Shown here piece after piece: positions 32,700-46,625 of a stretch of DNA of 64,000 nt. The position numbers were made by a program, and so were the translations under genes. Numbering within the stretch: the stretch's first letter is position 1; each line of letters begins with the position of its first letter. Source of the DNA: Sinanodonta woodiana (taxonomy: Eukaryota); assembly GCA_046254885.1 (NCBI GenBank), contig CM100994.1, positions 93,702,727 through 93,766,726 of the forward strand, read 5' to 3'. The notes under the pieces are model-generated. The model did no database searches. It was not told the origin of the DNA and saw only the letters and a program-made list of their open reading frames with translations.

Positions 32700-34467
32700 T
32701 ACAGTAGTCCCCCTCTTATACGGCCACCCCTGGTGCACCGGCAAAAAGGCCTTATAAGACGGGTGGCCGTTCCAGAGGGGGGCTAAATTTATTATAAGTA
32801 CCTGTACATGTATATGTAATGTACGTAATAAGATATCTGCATACTTCAAAACATTAAATATTAGACTAAATAAAAGATTAATGATCAAAAGTTTTTGTTG
32901 TTGTTATAATAACAAATTTATTTCAACTGAGTCTACGTTAATATTTTTTCTTTCTTGTCGTAAGGGTGATATACAAATGTATCAAAAACGTCATTTACAT
33001 CTTGGTACATACATAATTATCTTTCTATTTGCTCCATTTTCCAACTGCTGCTGAATAACCTTTTTATCGGTTTCGACTTTATTCAAATTATTTCAGCATA
33101 AACTTTTTATGTTCTTTCCCGGAGTCGTTTTAACATAAAATTGTTCGGCGAATCCCCCCCCCATGTCGTCGTCGTGTAGAATATCCAACTATATTTTATG
33201 CTTAGCAGTGAATTACTTGATTTTCCGGTTAAAATAATATTGATATTTCACTGCAGTGAAAAAATAACGGTGAAAAAAAAACGATATTTTTTCACTACAG
33301 GAACTACTTTTTTGGGGTCTGAAAATAACATCACATTTTTACATTGATGAATTACTTATGGTTATTTTCTTATTAATAATCCATGTATGTTATCCCTGAA
33401 ACTTATATTTGATTATTCTGGAAATATCAAGTTAATTTTTATCACTCTAATGTGGATCTATTTTCTGTGCAGGTACACATAGAACAGCAGAACATGTACG
33501 GTAAACAGCTGATATTACCGTAACAAATCTGCTGTTTCACTGTCATAAACTTTAGGCAGCCAACGTATGTGAGCATAAAATATAAAGAATATTTGGTTGA
33601 AACGAGTGAATAACGGATACATTTCATCTCGTGGATGAAAAACTCTAGTATTTTCACTCGTGGCTTTGCCACTCGTGAAAATACTGAGTTTTTCATCCAC
33701 TCGATGAAATATATCCGTTATTCACTCGTTTTAACCAAATATCCTCTATTTCTTCTTAAATAATGTATCCGTTAAAGTGATGACATTTTTTTCAGTGTTT
33801 GGTAATGATTTATTCGGTTATAGCTGACTGTATGCGATTTAATTATGCAAACAAAACTGAGTCAAGTGTAGGAAATTCATTCTTTGTAAAAGCCATATTG
33901 TGTTGGCACGTGATTTTTCTTTGACTGGTACCCTATTGTTTTTATGCTACAAAATCTATTTTTAGCATATAAATTGTCCCTGTTATGTCTGTTATGATCA
34001 TAACAATTAGTGAATTACGTCTGGTAATAATCATCGAAGAGAAGAATACGACATAGGTGTTAAACCCCAAACTCTTATCATAACATTGTTGAGCCCATTT
34101 CCTGCAAACATCGACTTTTATAGATAATGATATACTATAAATCTTTAGTCGACACCTGTGACCTTTAACGGCCACTTGACACTCCGGTATATAGCTATCT
34201 ACGATAGTGATAATCTAAATTGCTTACCATACGTCAAGATTTAAATTAATTCTTTGATTATGAATACAATTAAAAATCCAAAAGTGGCCGTTCACGAGGG
34301 GGACATTTGACATTTTTGTACTAAAATGCTGGCCGCTGGTCGCGTTAGGCGGGTGGCCGCTCATGAGGGGTACTTTTGAGTAGAAACTGATCGGTGCCAA
34401 GGAATTCTGGCCGTACGAAGCGGGTGGCCGCTGGTCAGGGGGGCCGTTCAAGAGGGGGACTACTGTA
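32700..34467. mobile_element. Tc1/mariner-like non-autonomous DNA element (~1.77 kb) with TA target duplication
   Basis: The termini are TA|CAGTAGTCCCCCTCTTATACGGCCACCC... and ...GGGTGGCCG...CAAGAGGGGGACTACTG|TA, which are ~30-bp TIRs beginning CAGT flanked by TA on both sides. Four subterminal GTGGCCG(N)GAGGGG direct repeats lie at 34280-34460. No transposase ORF is present. Confidence 0.65.
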
Positions 34468-35397
34468 TCTCTACCAGATTTGTGTTTTTAAATTTATCTG
34501 ACCTTACCTGGTTAACTTGATTGACATGTTTGAATTATTAGCACATGCTGACTGATATGTAGATTCATGTATGCAGGTCTCTCATGTGTCATGTGTTGTC
34601 TAAGTATGGTCGGCCTATGAAAGGCTGATGAATGAATGAAAAAGAAAAAGTCACATGGCAACATATTTTTGCTTAGCTGTATGCTTATGTCTTGATAGAT
34701 TAAAGACTTTTTACAAATATTATTGTTCTGTAGTCACAGGAGACTTTTTGCCTTTCCATATTTCCCCACTGCTACTGAAGCTTTTCCAGTGATACTACAG
34801 TCATTGCATATTTAGAACCAGTGTTATTACATTTTAAAAAAAGTATTCAGCATGTTTGCATTTTATATATATTAGAGCCTGAATGCAAACTGGACATTAA
34901 AAAGCCTTCTTTAGTAGTTCAACTCTCACTGGAAAATTATTAACCATATTTTCTGTGACCATGCCATGTGACTAGATTGTGGCTATTATTTGACACTTAT
35001 CCATATGAGCAAGATGGTTTTAAAGTGGTCTAAATATTGTCCTTGACCAACCAGATCATATTCTGCCATTACCCATAGTATAGACAAAAATGGAAAATTT
35101 AGGGTCAGTCAGGAAACTGGAACCACAATTCTTTTATCAATCATAGCACAATATAATAGACACACTGTATTTAAGGTCCTGCCTCAGGATATGAGGGAGC
35201 TGAGTTATAATCAGGGCACTGAGATTGTTGCATTTGATTGACTTGCTGAAATTCACCCTAACATTTGCTTGTTGAAATCTTTGTTTTAAAGTAGAATTAG
35301 ATGAATTTTAATAACTTTATATCGTGTTATGCAGTTACAAAATCTCCAAAATACTTGTATATATTTTTGATACTTAACAGAGCTGAATTTATTTCAG

Positions 35398-35511
35398 AGT
35401 GGGACTTTGGTACAGGCACTGGAGATTCATGCACATCCAAGTGGGAATCTTCAGTCAGGGCAAGGCAAATTCCGTCTGTTTGCCCAGGGAGCAGTCATGG
35501 ATAAAAACAAT
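35398..35511 (+). CDS. Possible additional host exon, phase 0-0
   Basis: The acceptor is aatttatttcag| and the donor is aat|gtaata. It is open as SGTLVQALEIHAHPSGNLQSGQGKFRLFAQGAVMDKNN. The only support is phase compatibility and splice signals. Confidence 0.25.
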
Positions 35512-35529
35512 GTAATAGATATGTCAGTT

Positions 35530-38043
35530 AGCAGTACTTTTTCATACATTTAGCAGTAGTTTTCTAATGATATCAGTACTTTTACATACATTTAGTAGTA
35601 GTTTTCTAATGATATCAGTACTTTTCCATACATTTAGTAGTAGTTTTCTAATGATATCAGCACTTTTCCATACATTTAGTAGTAGTTTTCTAATGATATC
35701 AGCATTTTTCCATACATTTAGTAGTAGTTTTCTAATGATATCAGCATTTTTCCATACATTTAGCAGTAGTTTTCTAATAATATCAGTACTTTTCCATACA
35801 TTTTGTAGTAGTTTTCTAATGATATCAGTACTTTTCCATACATTTAGTAGTAGTTTTCTAATGATATCAGTACTTTTCCATACATTTAGTAGTAGTTTTC
35901 TAATGATATCAGCATTTTTCCATACATTTAGCAGTAGTTTTCCAATAATATCAGTACTTTTCCATACATTTTGTAGTAGTTTTCTAATGATATCAGTACT
36001 TTTCCATACATTTAGTAGTAGTTTTCTAATGATATCAGTACTTTTCCATACATTTAGTAGTAGTTTTCTAATGATATCAGCACTTTTCCATACATTTAGT
36101 AGTAGTTTTCTAATGATATCAGCACTTTTCCATACATTTAGTAGTAGTTTTCTAATGATATCAGCACTTTTCCATACATATAGTAGTAGTTTTCTAATGA
36201 TATCAGCATTTTTCCATACATTTAGCAGTAGTTTTCTAATGATATCAGTACTTTTCCATACATTTAGTAGTAGTTTTCTAATGATATCAGCACTTTTCCA
36301 TACATTTAGTAGTAGTTTTCTAATGATATCAGCATTTTTCCATACATTTAGCAGTAGTTTTCTAATGATATCAGCACTTTTCCATACATATAGTAGTAGT
36401 TTTCTAATGATATCAGCATTTTTCCATACATTTAGCAGTAGTTTTCTAATGATATCAGCATTTTTCCATACATTTAGCAGTAGTTTTCTAATAATATCAG
36501 TACTTTTCCATACATTTTGTAGTAGTTTTCTAATGATATCAGTACTTTTCCATACATTTAGTAGTAGTTTTCTAATAATATCTGTACTTTTCCATACATT
36601 TAGTAGTAGTTTTCTAATGATATCAGCACTTTTCCATACATTTAGTAGTAGTTTTCTAATGATATCAGTACTTTTCCATACATTTGGTAGTAGTTTTCTA
36701 ATGATATCAGCACTTTTCCATACATTTAGTAGTAGTTTTCTAATGATATCAGCATTTTTCCATACATTTGGCAGTAGTTTTCTAATGATATCAGCACTTT
36801 TCCATACATTTGGTAGTAGTTTTCTAATGATATCAGCACTTTTCCATACATTTAGCAGTAGTTTTCTAATGATATCAGTACTTTTCCATACATTTAGTAG
36901 TAGTTTTATGATATCAGTACTTTTCCATACATTTAGCAGTAGTTTTCTAATGATATCAGCATTTTTCCATACATTTAGCAGTAGTTTTCTAATGATATCA
37001 GTACTTTTCCATACATTTAGTAGTAGTTTTATGATATCAGTACTTTTCCATACATTTAGCAGTAGTTTTCTAATGAAATCAGCACTTTTCCATACATTTA
37101 GTAGTATTTTAAGGATATCAGTACTTTTCCATACATTTAGCAGTAGTTTTCTTATGATATCAGTACTTTTCCATACATTTAGTAGTAGTTTTCTTATGAT
37201 ATCAGTACTTTTCCATACATTTAGTAGTAGTTTTCTTATGATATCAGTACTTTTCCATACATTTAGCAGTAGTTTTCTTATGATATCAGTACTTTTCCAT
37301 ACATTTAGTAGTAGTTTTCTAATATTAGTACTTTTCCATACATTTAGTAGTAGTTTTCTAATGATATCAGTACTTTTCCATACATTTAGTGGTAGTTTTC
37401 TTATGATATCAGTACTTTTCCATACATTTAGTAGTAGTTTTCTAATATTAGTACTTTTCCATACATTTAGTAGTTTTCTAATGATATCAGTACTTTTCCA
37501 TACATTTAGTAGTAGTTTTCTAATGATATCAGTACTTTTCCATACATTTAGTAGTAGTTTTCTAATGATATCAGTACTTTTCCATACATTTAGTAGTAGT
37601 TTTCTGATGATATCAGTACTTTTCCATATATTTAGTTGTAGTTTTCTAATATTAGTACTTTTCCATACATTTAGTAGTAGTTTTCTAATGATATCAGTAC
37701 TTTTCCATACATTAATAGTAGTTTTCTAATGATATCAGTACTTTTCCATATATTTAGTAGTAGTTTTCTAATATTAGTACTTTTCCATACATTTAGTGGT
37801 AGTTTTCTTATGATATCAGTACTTTTCCATACATTTAGTAGTAGTTTTCTAATATTAGTACTTTTCCATACATTTAGTAGTAGTTTTCTAATGATAGTAC
37901 TTTTCCATACATTTAGTAGTAGTTTTCTAATGATATCAGTACTTTTCCATACATTTAGTAGTAGTTTTCTAATGATATCAGTACTTTTCCATACATTTAG
38001 TAGTAGTTTTCTAATGATATCAGTACTTTTCCATATATTTAGT
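35530..38043. repeat. 42-bp satellite, ~60 tandem copies
   Basis: The unit is ttagtagtagttttctaatgatatcagtacttttccatacat, with variants ttagcag, ttatgatatc and deletion variants. A solitary diverged monomer lies at ~39915-39950. Confidence 0.9.
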
Positions 38044-39415
38044 ACAGTCCTACCTGTTTATATTGACATCGCTTTTCTTGACAAGCCGCCTATGTCGACA
38101 AAAATGCAAAGTCCCGGCCCGGTCCCATTGTCTTTTTTTTACTATCAAATTGTCATGCCTATCTTGATGTTGAGATAAAAGAAAAACGTATATGTCGACA
38201 GAAGCCCTTGGTCCCAGATTGAACAAATCCTTTGTTTTCAAAACGTTTATGTCGACAAGCTGCCAATTACAACTAATACTTTGTTCAACAGTTGATCTTG
38301 CCGGCAGGCTTTTGATGACACGGTCAGATAAAACAAACAAACATAGCAGTACATGTTCTCACTACTCTGCAACCAGTCCAGTCTTTCATCTTGCCGCCTA
38401 GCACGTGGGTCATGTTTTTCAGATGTACTCTTACAATGACAACATGTACATCTGTCGGTCTTTCAGACACTGAATTTTCTGATTAACACAATTTCCCAAT
38501 GAACAGGTGGTCAAAGCAGGACTAGCAATCCCTTAAATTTGCCATCCAGGAAATTCATGTGTACAGAGAGGATTCTTATATACGTGATTTTCTGAATCCT
38601 TAAAATTTGCATGAAAATACGGATTACGTGTTTTCGAGACCTTTGAAAATAATCAGTGATTTTCGCTGTGAAAGTTTCATTTTTAACTTTATTTACATTT
38701 ACGATGGCTACAGACAGCAGGGTAAAATGCAAATTAAATAATCTGAGTCTGGCAACTAAATTATCTGGCTGTTGAGGAAGTTAAGGGATGAACATGTCGC
38801 AAAGAGGTCTGACATTTTTTCACTTAAAAATAACACGTCCAGGAAGGATGAAAGATGCTGAGTCTATGAGTAAAGACTACATTGAAGTTAACTGTGCTTC
38901 CCAAAGGAAGAAGCATGACTGCTACATTTGAAGACGTGGAGGAAGCATTAAAATGGTCCAATGAAGCATTATCGAGAAAACTTTATGTGGAGAACTTCAC
39001 TGCAACAAGTGGTTGGTGCAGTCGCTTTAATGTTCATCATAATATCGGATACAAAAGTATTTGTGGAGAATACATGTAATTTTGAGTTTTTCATTTCCCT
39101 GTGAATATCCCCATTGGTAGCCACAATAAGATGGGAATGGACTGATCAAAATCGAGGCCAATTTAAGTACATGTACATGAAGCATGTAACTGACAACTTC
39201 CAAACTATGTGCTAATACGGACATTGAATATCATAATGTTGTTCTTGTCAGGATGTGATCAACACAATATTTTAATTTGGATTTTATTACACAAAGGTAA
39301 CCAAAATGTAATTTATCAATATACAAGTGTATTTCACACTGATTCAGTCTTCATGTACTCAAAATTTCTGCACAAAAAAATCTTCTCAAAGTGTAAATGT
39401 TATTCACTGACAACG

Positions 39416-39788
39416 GTAGACCAGCTAGTTAGTCTCTAAGCCTGTTTTTATTTTGAGTTGACGACTGACACAAGACATATTCTGCATTAATGCTAAATGG
39501 TACTTTTTCGCGCGCCATAACTGCCAATGATTGGACTGCACGCCATTAATTAAATAATTTATTTAAATTAATCTTTGTACCCAAAATGGTAACTATAATT
39601 CCTCTTTTAATGATCTACTGCGTTAAATCCTTTAGAACACTTAATTAATAGCGTGCATCTGATCGTCCGCAAGTTATGGCGCAGTGAGCAAGTACCATTT
39701 AGCTTTAATGCAGAATACAGCTGGTCTCAAAAGCCGTTAAGTTAAAATAATTTTAAAAAGGCTTAGAGACTAACTAGCTGGTCTATGA
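39416..39788. mobile_element. Foldback/MITE-like element (~370 bp, near-perfect long inverted halves) with a 7-bp TSD TGACAAC
   Basis: The outer TIR tagaccagctagttagtctctaagcc is 26 bp and perfect. Internal arms ctgcattaatgctaaatggtac / gtaccatttagctttaatgcagaat are also inverted. The flanks read cacTGACAACgg|tagacc...ggtcta|TGACAACacc. Confidence 0.6.
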
Positions 39789-40973
39789 CAACACCCTATG
39801 CTGAAGAATTTGAAATTTTATCATCCCCCCTCCCTCACTACACACTTATCTCGACATTCGGCTATCTCAACAATATTTCCTCAGGCCCAAGGATGTCGAG
39901 ATAAACGGGTAGGTAGTAATTTTCTAATGATATCAGTACTTTTCCACAAAACCCATTTTTGTCTCATCATTGTTAAACTTTGTATTTAATAAGACATGGG
40001 TATCATTTTTGTGGTGGTAAGGGCATTGTTGTCATCATGATATTGCAAATGAACAATGTTACAGTTGTATTTTTTGTGTTTTCATGTAAATCATAATGCT
40101 TTTGCACTGTAGTGTTATTCATGTCAACTGAACATTGAGAATATTTTAGGATTGATAGTATTTTCATTTTATATGCCTCACATAAGGTAGTGCATATGTG
40201 ATTATTGTCAGTGCCACATGTCCATTTGATGATATTTTGGTTTCATTGTACTAGCATGAGTTCTTTACACACCTCCACCAACTTAGCAGATGGTTTGCTC
40301 CATTGTCAACACATACCCTGTTAATTTGTGGTTGAACAAATTTTAATGCAATGTCACTGACAGGAATAGCAAATCAGTTTCTGTACAGTACTGTTTCTCA
40401 TACATTGACAGAACATAGTGGGTTGCACTGTGAGAGACAGAACCTTTTTAATTTGTATGTGAGAAGGGCAAATGTAAAGGTCATTTGTTCCCACTGACAA
40501 ACAATTCTGTACAGAATCAGCATATTTTGTATCCTAATTAAAACATATAAATATATGTCCTGTATGATAATTGATAAGCAAGAGAAAACTGCATCATATT
40601 TATGTTCAAATTGTCAACTACAAACAATTCAAACAAAGGGGAAAGTAAATTAACCTAATAGGCTCAATAGATGATCATTTAAAGTTAATACACTTAAATG
40701 TATGAGAGTGACATTGATTTTTTAACCTTTTTTGCATCAGAATACTGTCTGGCAGTGACTTTCCCCTTTAGTCTAGTTTTTAATGTGTTCTAAAGCCATA
40801 GTTCTAAAATATGTTTTATTCTGGCATATTCACATATCTTTCAAGGCAGAACACATTTACTTGGTTCTATAATTAGTTGACAGAAGCAAATGAATTGGTA
40901 AGCTGCAAAATAATTATCAATTCAGATACTGATGGTTTATTAATAACATTGTGGTCATTTGTTGTATGTCAAG

Positions 40974-41144
40974 GTGGTGACATCAGTTGAAGAAGCAGTC
41001 ATATGGTACTTTGAGACCATAGAGGAAGTGGTTAGTGGATATGAACATCTCTACAAGAAGTTTATTGGTTTTCCAAACAACATGCAACCTTCTGACACTG
41101 CCAGGGTGGACTTTGGTCAGTTGGGATCACCGTGCCTCAGGCTG
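40974..41144 (+). CDS. Host gene exon, phase 0-0
   Basis: The acceptor is ttgtatgtcaag| and the donor is ctg|gtatgt. The exon encodes VVTSVEEAVIWYFETIEEVVSGYEHLYKKFIGFPNNMQPSDTARVDFGQLGSPCLRL. Confidence 0.4.
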
Positions 41145-42138
41145 GTATGTTTCGTCCTTTATGGGTTTAAAATTTTGTTTTTTTGCTTAGGCACACAAAA
41201 TAACTTTTCTTCTAATGCATTAATCAAAACAAATTAGCAGTACTACTGCCTTGCAAATTTAGCAGTGATATAAGTTGTCTGTCTGCCTAGGTGGAAGTCA
41301 GACAGTAGTGATCTTTCCTTGAGTAGAGGAGATGGTACCAAATTCCAGCTATATTAGTACTACTGCTTGTGCCTTTACATCATTTTAGTGACTAGAATTT
41401 CTCACTGTGGAGAAGCATGATCCACCCATATTTTTATTTTCTTGTTCTGCTTTTATTTCACATGAGGAATTCACAATTATATTTCGAGATTTGGATGCAG
41501 AACCATTATTTATTATACAACTTTTACTATATTTTCGGTACATAAAATGGGTGGTGGGTGGTTGATGATGGTTGCATATTTTTATATATGGTGAATCTTT
41601 GCATCTTTGTTAGCGTAAGGCCAAGCAAGTTTATGGTATGTCCCTACATCCATTGTGCCATGTGCACTGCCCATCATGCATCAACCAGCATATAGGTTTT
41701 GCAATTAGTCCGAGACAGCTGGACAGATTTGCAGAGAAAATCATGACAAGAAGAGCTTTTAGTTTTGTACAAATAACACTAATATACTTTCAGATACTTA
41801 GTTTATTCTTTTCATTTTAAGGTCATTAGATATATTGCTAAATTATGCATTCCTGCATGTACTTTTTGTACAGTAATGAGTTCCTTTTATAAATGATGTT
41901 ACATCTGTGACTTAAAGGCAAACATTTTAGGACAACAATACAGACCTCACATTTCACACTGATTTTCGTGTTTAAAACAAAACGACTCATCTAAAAACAA
42001 ATTGATAGTCTAGATTATTTTAATGATAACTAGTGACCAATATAGTTATGCAAATATATAACACATCATGTACACACACACACACACACACAGAGTTATC
42101 TTGATATCTGATATTCATTTCCATCTAACATTTTATAT

Positions 42139-43092
42139 TGTAGTATCATCAATATTCGTAGGGGATCAATTTTCGTGGCTGCAAGGAACCATAAATTTAA
42201 ATCCCCAACGAATAATGAGCCATGTAGGATGATGACTCTTCCCCCCACCCCCACCAATTCCCAACCCGTTTTTGTTTACAGTGTTTCATTCCTAGAGATG
42301 AACATAGTTACTTACATTTAATAAATCAAGGCCATTAATGTTATTTTGTAATTAAATATTATCTTTATACATGTGTTTGTTTTATTTTTTAACCTTTTAA
42401 AGCAAGAATTATAAATCATTGTCTATCGTTTTAATGCACACGTTTGATAAGGCACCGGATCCAATAGCTTATACTCAGTGCCTTAAATTGTTATGTGAGG
42501 TTAGTAAGGATAGAGAAAAAATATAGACAAAGCATACAATATTCAAACAATAGTAATACTAAACAGAACAAAACACTATGTGTATACAATAGCTAAAGCA
42601 GATTATTCAAGCTCACACTGCACATATTGTTGGACAAAGCCACTGTTTCAACATCGTGTCAATCAAGTCTCACAGTATTGTTGGTGGCGTCTGCTTCCTT
42701 TGATGTTGAACACTCAATCGAAAACATGGCGAAACTGATTAATCCTGACGGGTGTTTGATATGTGCTCACATAGATGGAAGTATTGTTTCAGTGTTGTTG
42801 GCTGCGTCTGCTTTGACAGATGTTAATCACTTGATCAAAAACATGGTGTAAGTATTGCATTTGCCAGGTCTTAGATATATACTCATATGGGTGGAAGTAT
42901 TGTTTTAAACATTAATGTGACCGCCATTTTAGTTGGTATAGTTATATTCTTTGTTTTGGGTTAAAACATGAAATTACCTACCTTATAATATACAAACCTT
43001 GACAAGCAAAACCACAAATTTACGTCTCAACAAAAATGCCTATTTTTGAAAAACCACGAAAATTGAGCCCCACGAAAATAAATGATACTACA
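42139..43092. mobile_element. ~950-bp TIR-bounded non-autonomous element, copy 1
   Basis: The ends are TGTAGTATCATCAATATTCGTAGGGGATCAATTTTCGTGG... and ...CCACGAAAATTGAGCCCCACGAAAATAAATGATACTACA, which are ~40-bp imperfect TIRs. The internal sequence is shared with 50768-52398. Confidence 0.55.
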
Positions 43093-43315
43093 GTATATCT
43101 TCTGTTCTGATGATAATTGGATACATTGATATTACTTCAGAAACTTTATATATTTATCAAAGCAATACAATATGCACTAGGCAAAGGTTTTTACCCCCAA
43201 TAAACTTAAAACGTTAATTTGAATTACATTTGGATACTGTAGACATTACGCATATCACCTGTAGTAATGCCATAGCATGCTATTTTGCTTGAAGTAAGAT
43301 ATGTTTTGTTTTTAT

Positions 43316-43548
43316 GGTTAAACGCCATTTTTCAGCACAATATATAAGCAATACATGGCAGCCAGTATTAGTAGTGGAGGAAGAAACCGGAAACCCCCCA
43401 GAAAAAACCATTGACCCACAAGAAGCTACTGGCAAGCATTCCCACTTAACTACTTTAGCCGAATCTTAGACTGGAACACACACAGACAGGCGAGATGGCA
43501 GTGGTCCATAACGGACAGCGCTTTAGACCACTCGGCCACTCTGGGCTT
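43316..43548 (-). mobile_element. SINE, family B
   Basis: Reverse complement of family B. Confidence 0.65.
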
Positions 43549-43606
43549 CTTGTAAGATATGTAATGTGCATAAAGAGTAATAAAACAAGGACAAATATAC
43601 TTGTAG

Positions 43607-43744
43607 GTTTTGAGTAAACTGTTAATCCTGCAGACGAAGCTAAGCAGTGAAGTGGCAGAATTTACAGAGATTGTATGGAGAGAGGCACTGGATGAGGTGG
43701 AAAATCTGCTGACCATTCCACTCCACCTTGTCACACAAGATAAG
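43607..43744 (+). CDS. Host gene exon, phase 0-0
   Basis: The acceptor is atatacttgtag| and the donor is gataag|gtactg. The exon encodes VLSKLLILQTKLSSEVAEFTEIVWREALDEVENLLTIPLHLVTQDK. Confidence 0.4.
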
Positions 43745-44282
43745 GTACTGCTGAATCACTGATGAAAGATAAAGCATAAGTTTTGTTTTTTCATCAATTT
43801 GATGTTTAATTAAATATTGAGATTTCCTCCAATGTTTATTTGTTACAAAGTGTTATTGTATAATGTTTCATTTAATTATTGAAGACTTTCCCAGTGTTGA
43901 TTTTCGTGACATCTGGACTTTAGTAATATGTCATCAATACTGGCATGTTTATATGAATCTTATTGAATTATTTCGTACCTACATATCAATGAAGATGCGA
44001 GGGTATTGTAACAGAATTGTTACCGAATGGATGGGGGATTAAATGAACACGTCACACACAAGGTGTGAATGAAGAAAATTTATAAAGAAAATTACTAATA
44101 AAAAATATGATGAAATAATACAACAAACCCTTGTGCATTCAATGCACTATAAAACAAATTAATATTTAAACAGACGAAACCAACATATCACTGTAACCTC
44201 CTGGATTGTATGCACAAAGTTTCACGCAAACAAAATTACAAACACTACGTAGCTACGCAGTTAGCTATACAAAATACGCTAT

Positions 44283-44401
<119 letters not shown>

Positions 44402-45276
44402 CCCTTTCAGCTTTTCAGCTACACAGTTAGCTTAACATATATACTCTTATATTTGTATATACTGATTCCTTTTCGCTACACAGTTAGCTCTAGTACTATC
44501 AGACCCTGTCTGACTTATTACAGTTAGCTTAACAAATATACTTTTATATTTGTATATACTGAACCCATTTTGCTACACAGTTAGCTCTAGTACTATCAGA
44601 CCCTGTCTGATATACTACCATTTAGACACAACCATCTAATAACACTGACTGAACCAACACAGCTCCTGTAACACAGACAGCTCCCAGGACAACTTCCGCA
44701 ATACAGACAGCTCCCAAGACACACCCTGCAGACGTAGCACACCAGCTATGAAGCCCTCTGCAGACCCGCAGCACTTTCTCCTTATGCATCTTTTTGCAGC
44801 CCTCTGCAGACCTGCAGCACTTCTGCTCTATGCATCTTTATGCATATCTGCGGCTCACCAACCCTGCATAGCCCTATGGCTCCCTCTGCAGCCCCTCTGC
44901 ATCTCTCTGCAGCCCCGTGGCACACATGCCCTACGTACGTAGCCCTATGGCTAAAGAAACGGTGATGACCTCTATCCTTTGATAAGAAACTCGTCATGTT
45001 TAAAGCCTCTAGAACTAGTACATATAATCCGAATAGTGAGTATAGTTAAGGACTAAAAGGACCTGTGCATTACCTGCTAAGACTGCAATGTTTTTCAGTT
45101 GTCTATACATAATTTAACCTTGAGAAATACCGAATCACCCTGGGTAATGTAAGTACGATGAAACAAAAAAAGAAAAAGATCAAATTAGGTTTTATAAAAA
45201 TCCAATTATTTTATTTAGTTCTGTGACAGGTATATTGTACTATTTGTTCATATTTTTCAGTGTTTGTTCATTCATG

Positions 45277-46212
45277 ATGTCCTGGACATCTCCAGTTTTC
45301 TAGTGGTTATAGTGTCCTGGATATCTCCAGTGGACTAGTGGTTGTAGTGTCCTGGATATCTCCAGTGGACTAGTGGTTGTAGTGTCCTGGATATCTCCAG
45401 TGGACTAGTGGTTGTAATGTCCTGGATATATCCAGTGGTCTAGTGGTTTTAATGTCCTGGATATCTCCAGTGGACTAGTGGTTGTAGTGTCCTGGATATC
45501 TCCAGTGGACTAGTGGTTGTAGTGTCCTGGATATCTCCAGTGGTCTAGTGGTTTTAATGTCCTGGATATCTCCAGTGGTCTAGTGGTTTTAATGTCCTGG
45601 ATATCTCCAGTGGTCTAGTGGTTATAGTGTCCTGGATATCTCCAGTGGACTAGTGGTTGTAGTGTCCTGGATATCTCCAGTGGTCTAGTGGTTTTAATGT
45701 CCTAGATATCTCCAGTGGTCTAGTGGTTATAGTGTCCTGGATATCTCCTGTGGACTGGTGGTTATAGTGTCCTGGATATCTCCAGTGGTCTAGTGGTTAT
45801 AGTGTCCCAGATATCTCCAGTGGTTTAGTGGTTATAGTGTCCTGGATATCTCCAGTGGACTAGTGGTTATTATCTTATAGTGTCCTGGATATCTCCAGTG
45901 GTCTAGTGGTTATAGTGTCCTGGATATCTCCAGTGGTCTAGTGGTTATAGTGTCCTGGATATATCTCCAGTGGTCTAGTGGTTATAGTGTCCTGGATATC
46001 TCCTGTGGACTGGTGGTTATAGTGTCCTGGATATCTCCAGTGGTCTAGTGGTTATAATGTCCTGGATATCTCCAGTGGTCTAGTGGTTATAGTGTCCCAG
46101 ATATCTCCAGTGGACTAGTGGTTATTATCTTATAGTGTCCTGGATATCTCCAGTGGTCTAGTGGTTATAGTGACCTGGATATCTCCAGTGGTCTAGTGGT
46201 TATAGTGTCCTC
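45277..46212. repeat. 35-36-bp minisatellite, ~26 copies
   Basis: The unit is agtgtcctggatatctccagtggactagtggttgt. Two sub-variants (gttgtagtg and ttttaatg/ttatagtg) alternate. Confidence 0.9.
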
Positions 46213-46389
46213 CTCCGATGCAGGATTACTGCCCATGAGATTCGCACATACAAACCAATTTTTATGAGTGTAGGGCCAATTTATTGAGGACGTAATGTGT
46301 GTTTGATTTAGATTTTAATGTAGCTTTAACCATGTTTAGTCATATTGTCACAATGTCTGCACTGTGGCAGTTTATAGTGATATTAAACA

Positions 46390-46625
46390 CTGGGGTATCA
46401 TGCCACATGCATGTAGCATCATGTCCTAACCAGTCATATTAGCCTGACACCAGGCCAACCAGTCCAAGCACAAACCTCTTAATGCTAAGTGCCTAGTGAT
46501 GCAGCTGTTACTAACATTTTTGTAAGTCTTTGGTATATGTCTTTGGCATGGACTCAACCAGGACTCAAACACACAACCTCCTGCATCTGAGATGGACACT
46601 CTAATCACTTAGCCACTGGGGCACA
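46390..46625 (-). mobile_element. tRNA-derived SINE, family A
   Basis: Reverse complement of the family-A body and head. Confidence 0.6.
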
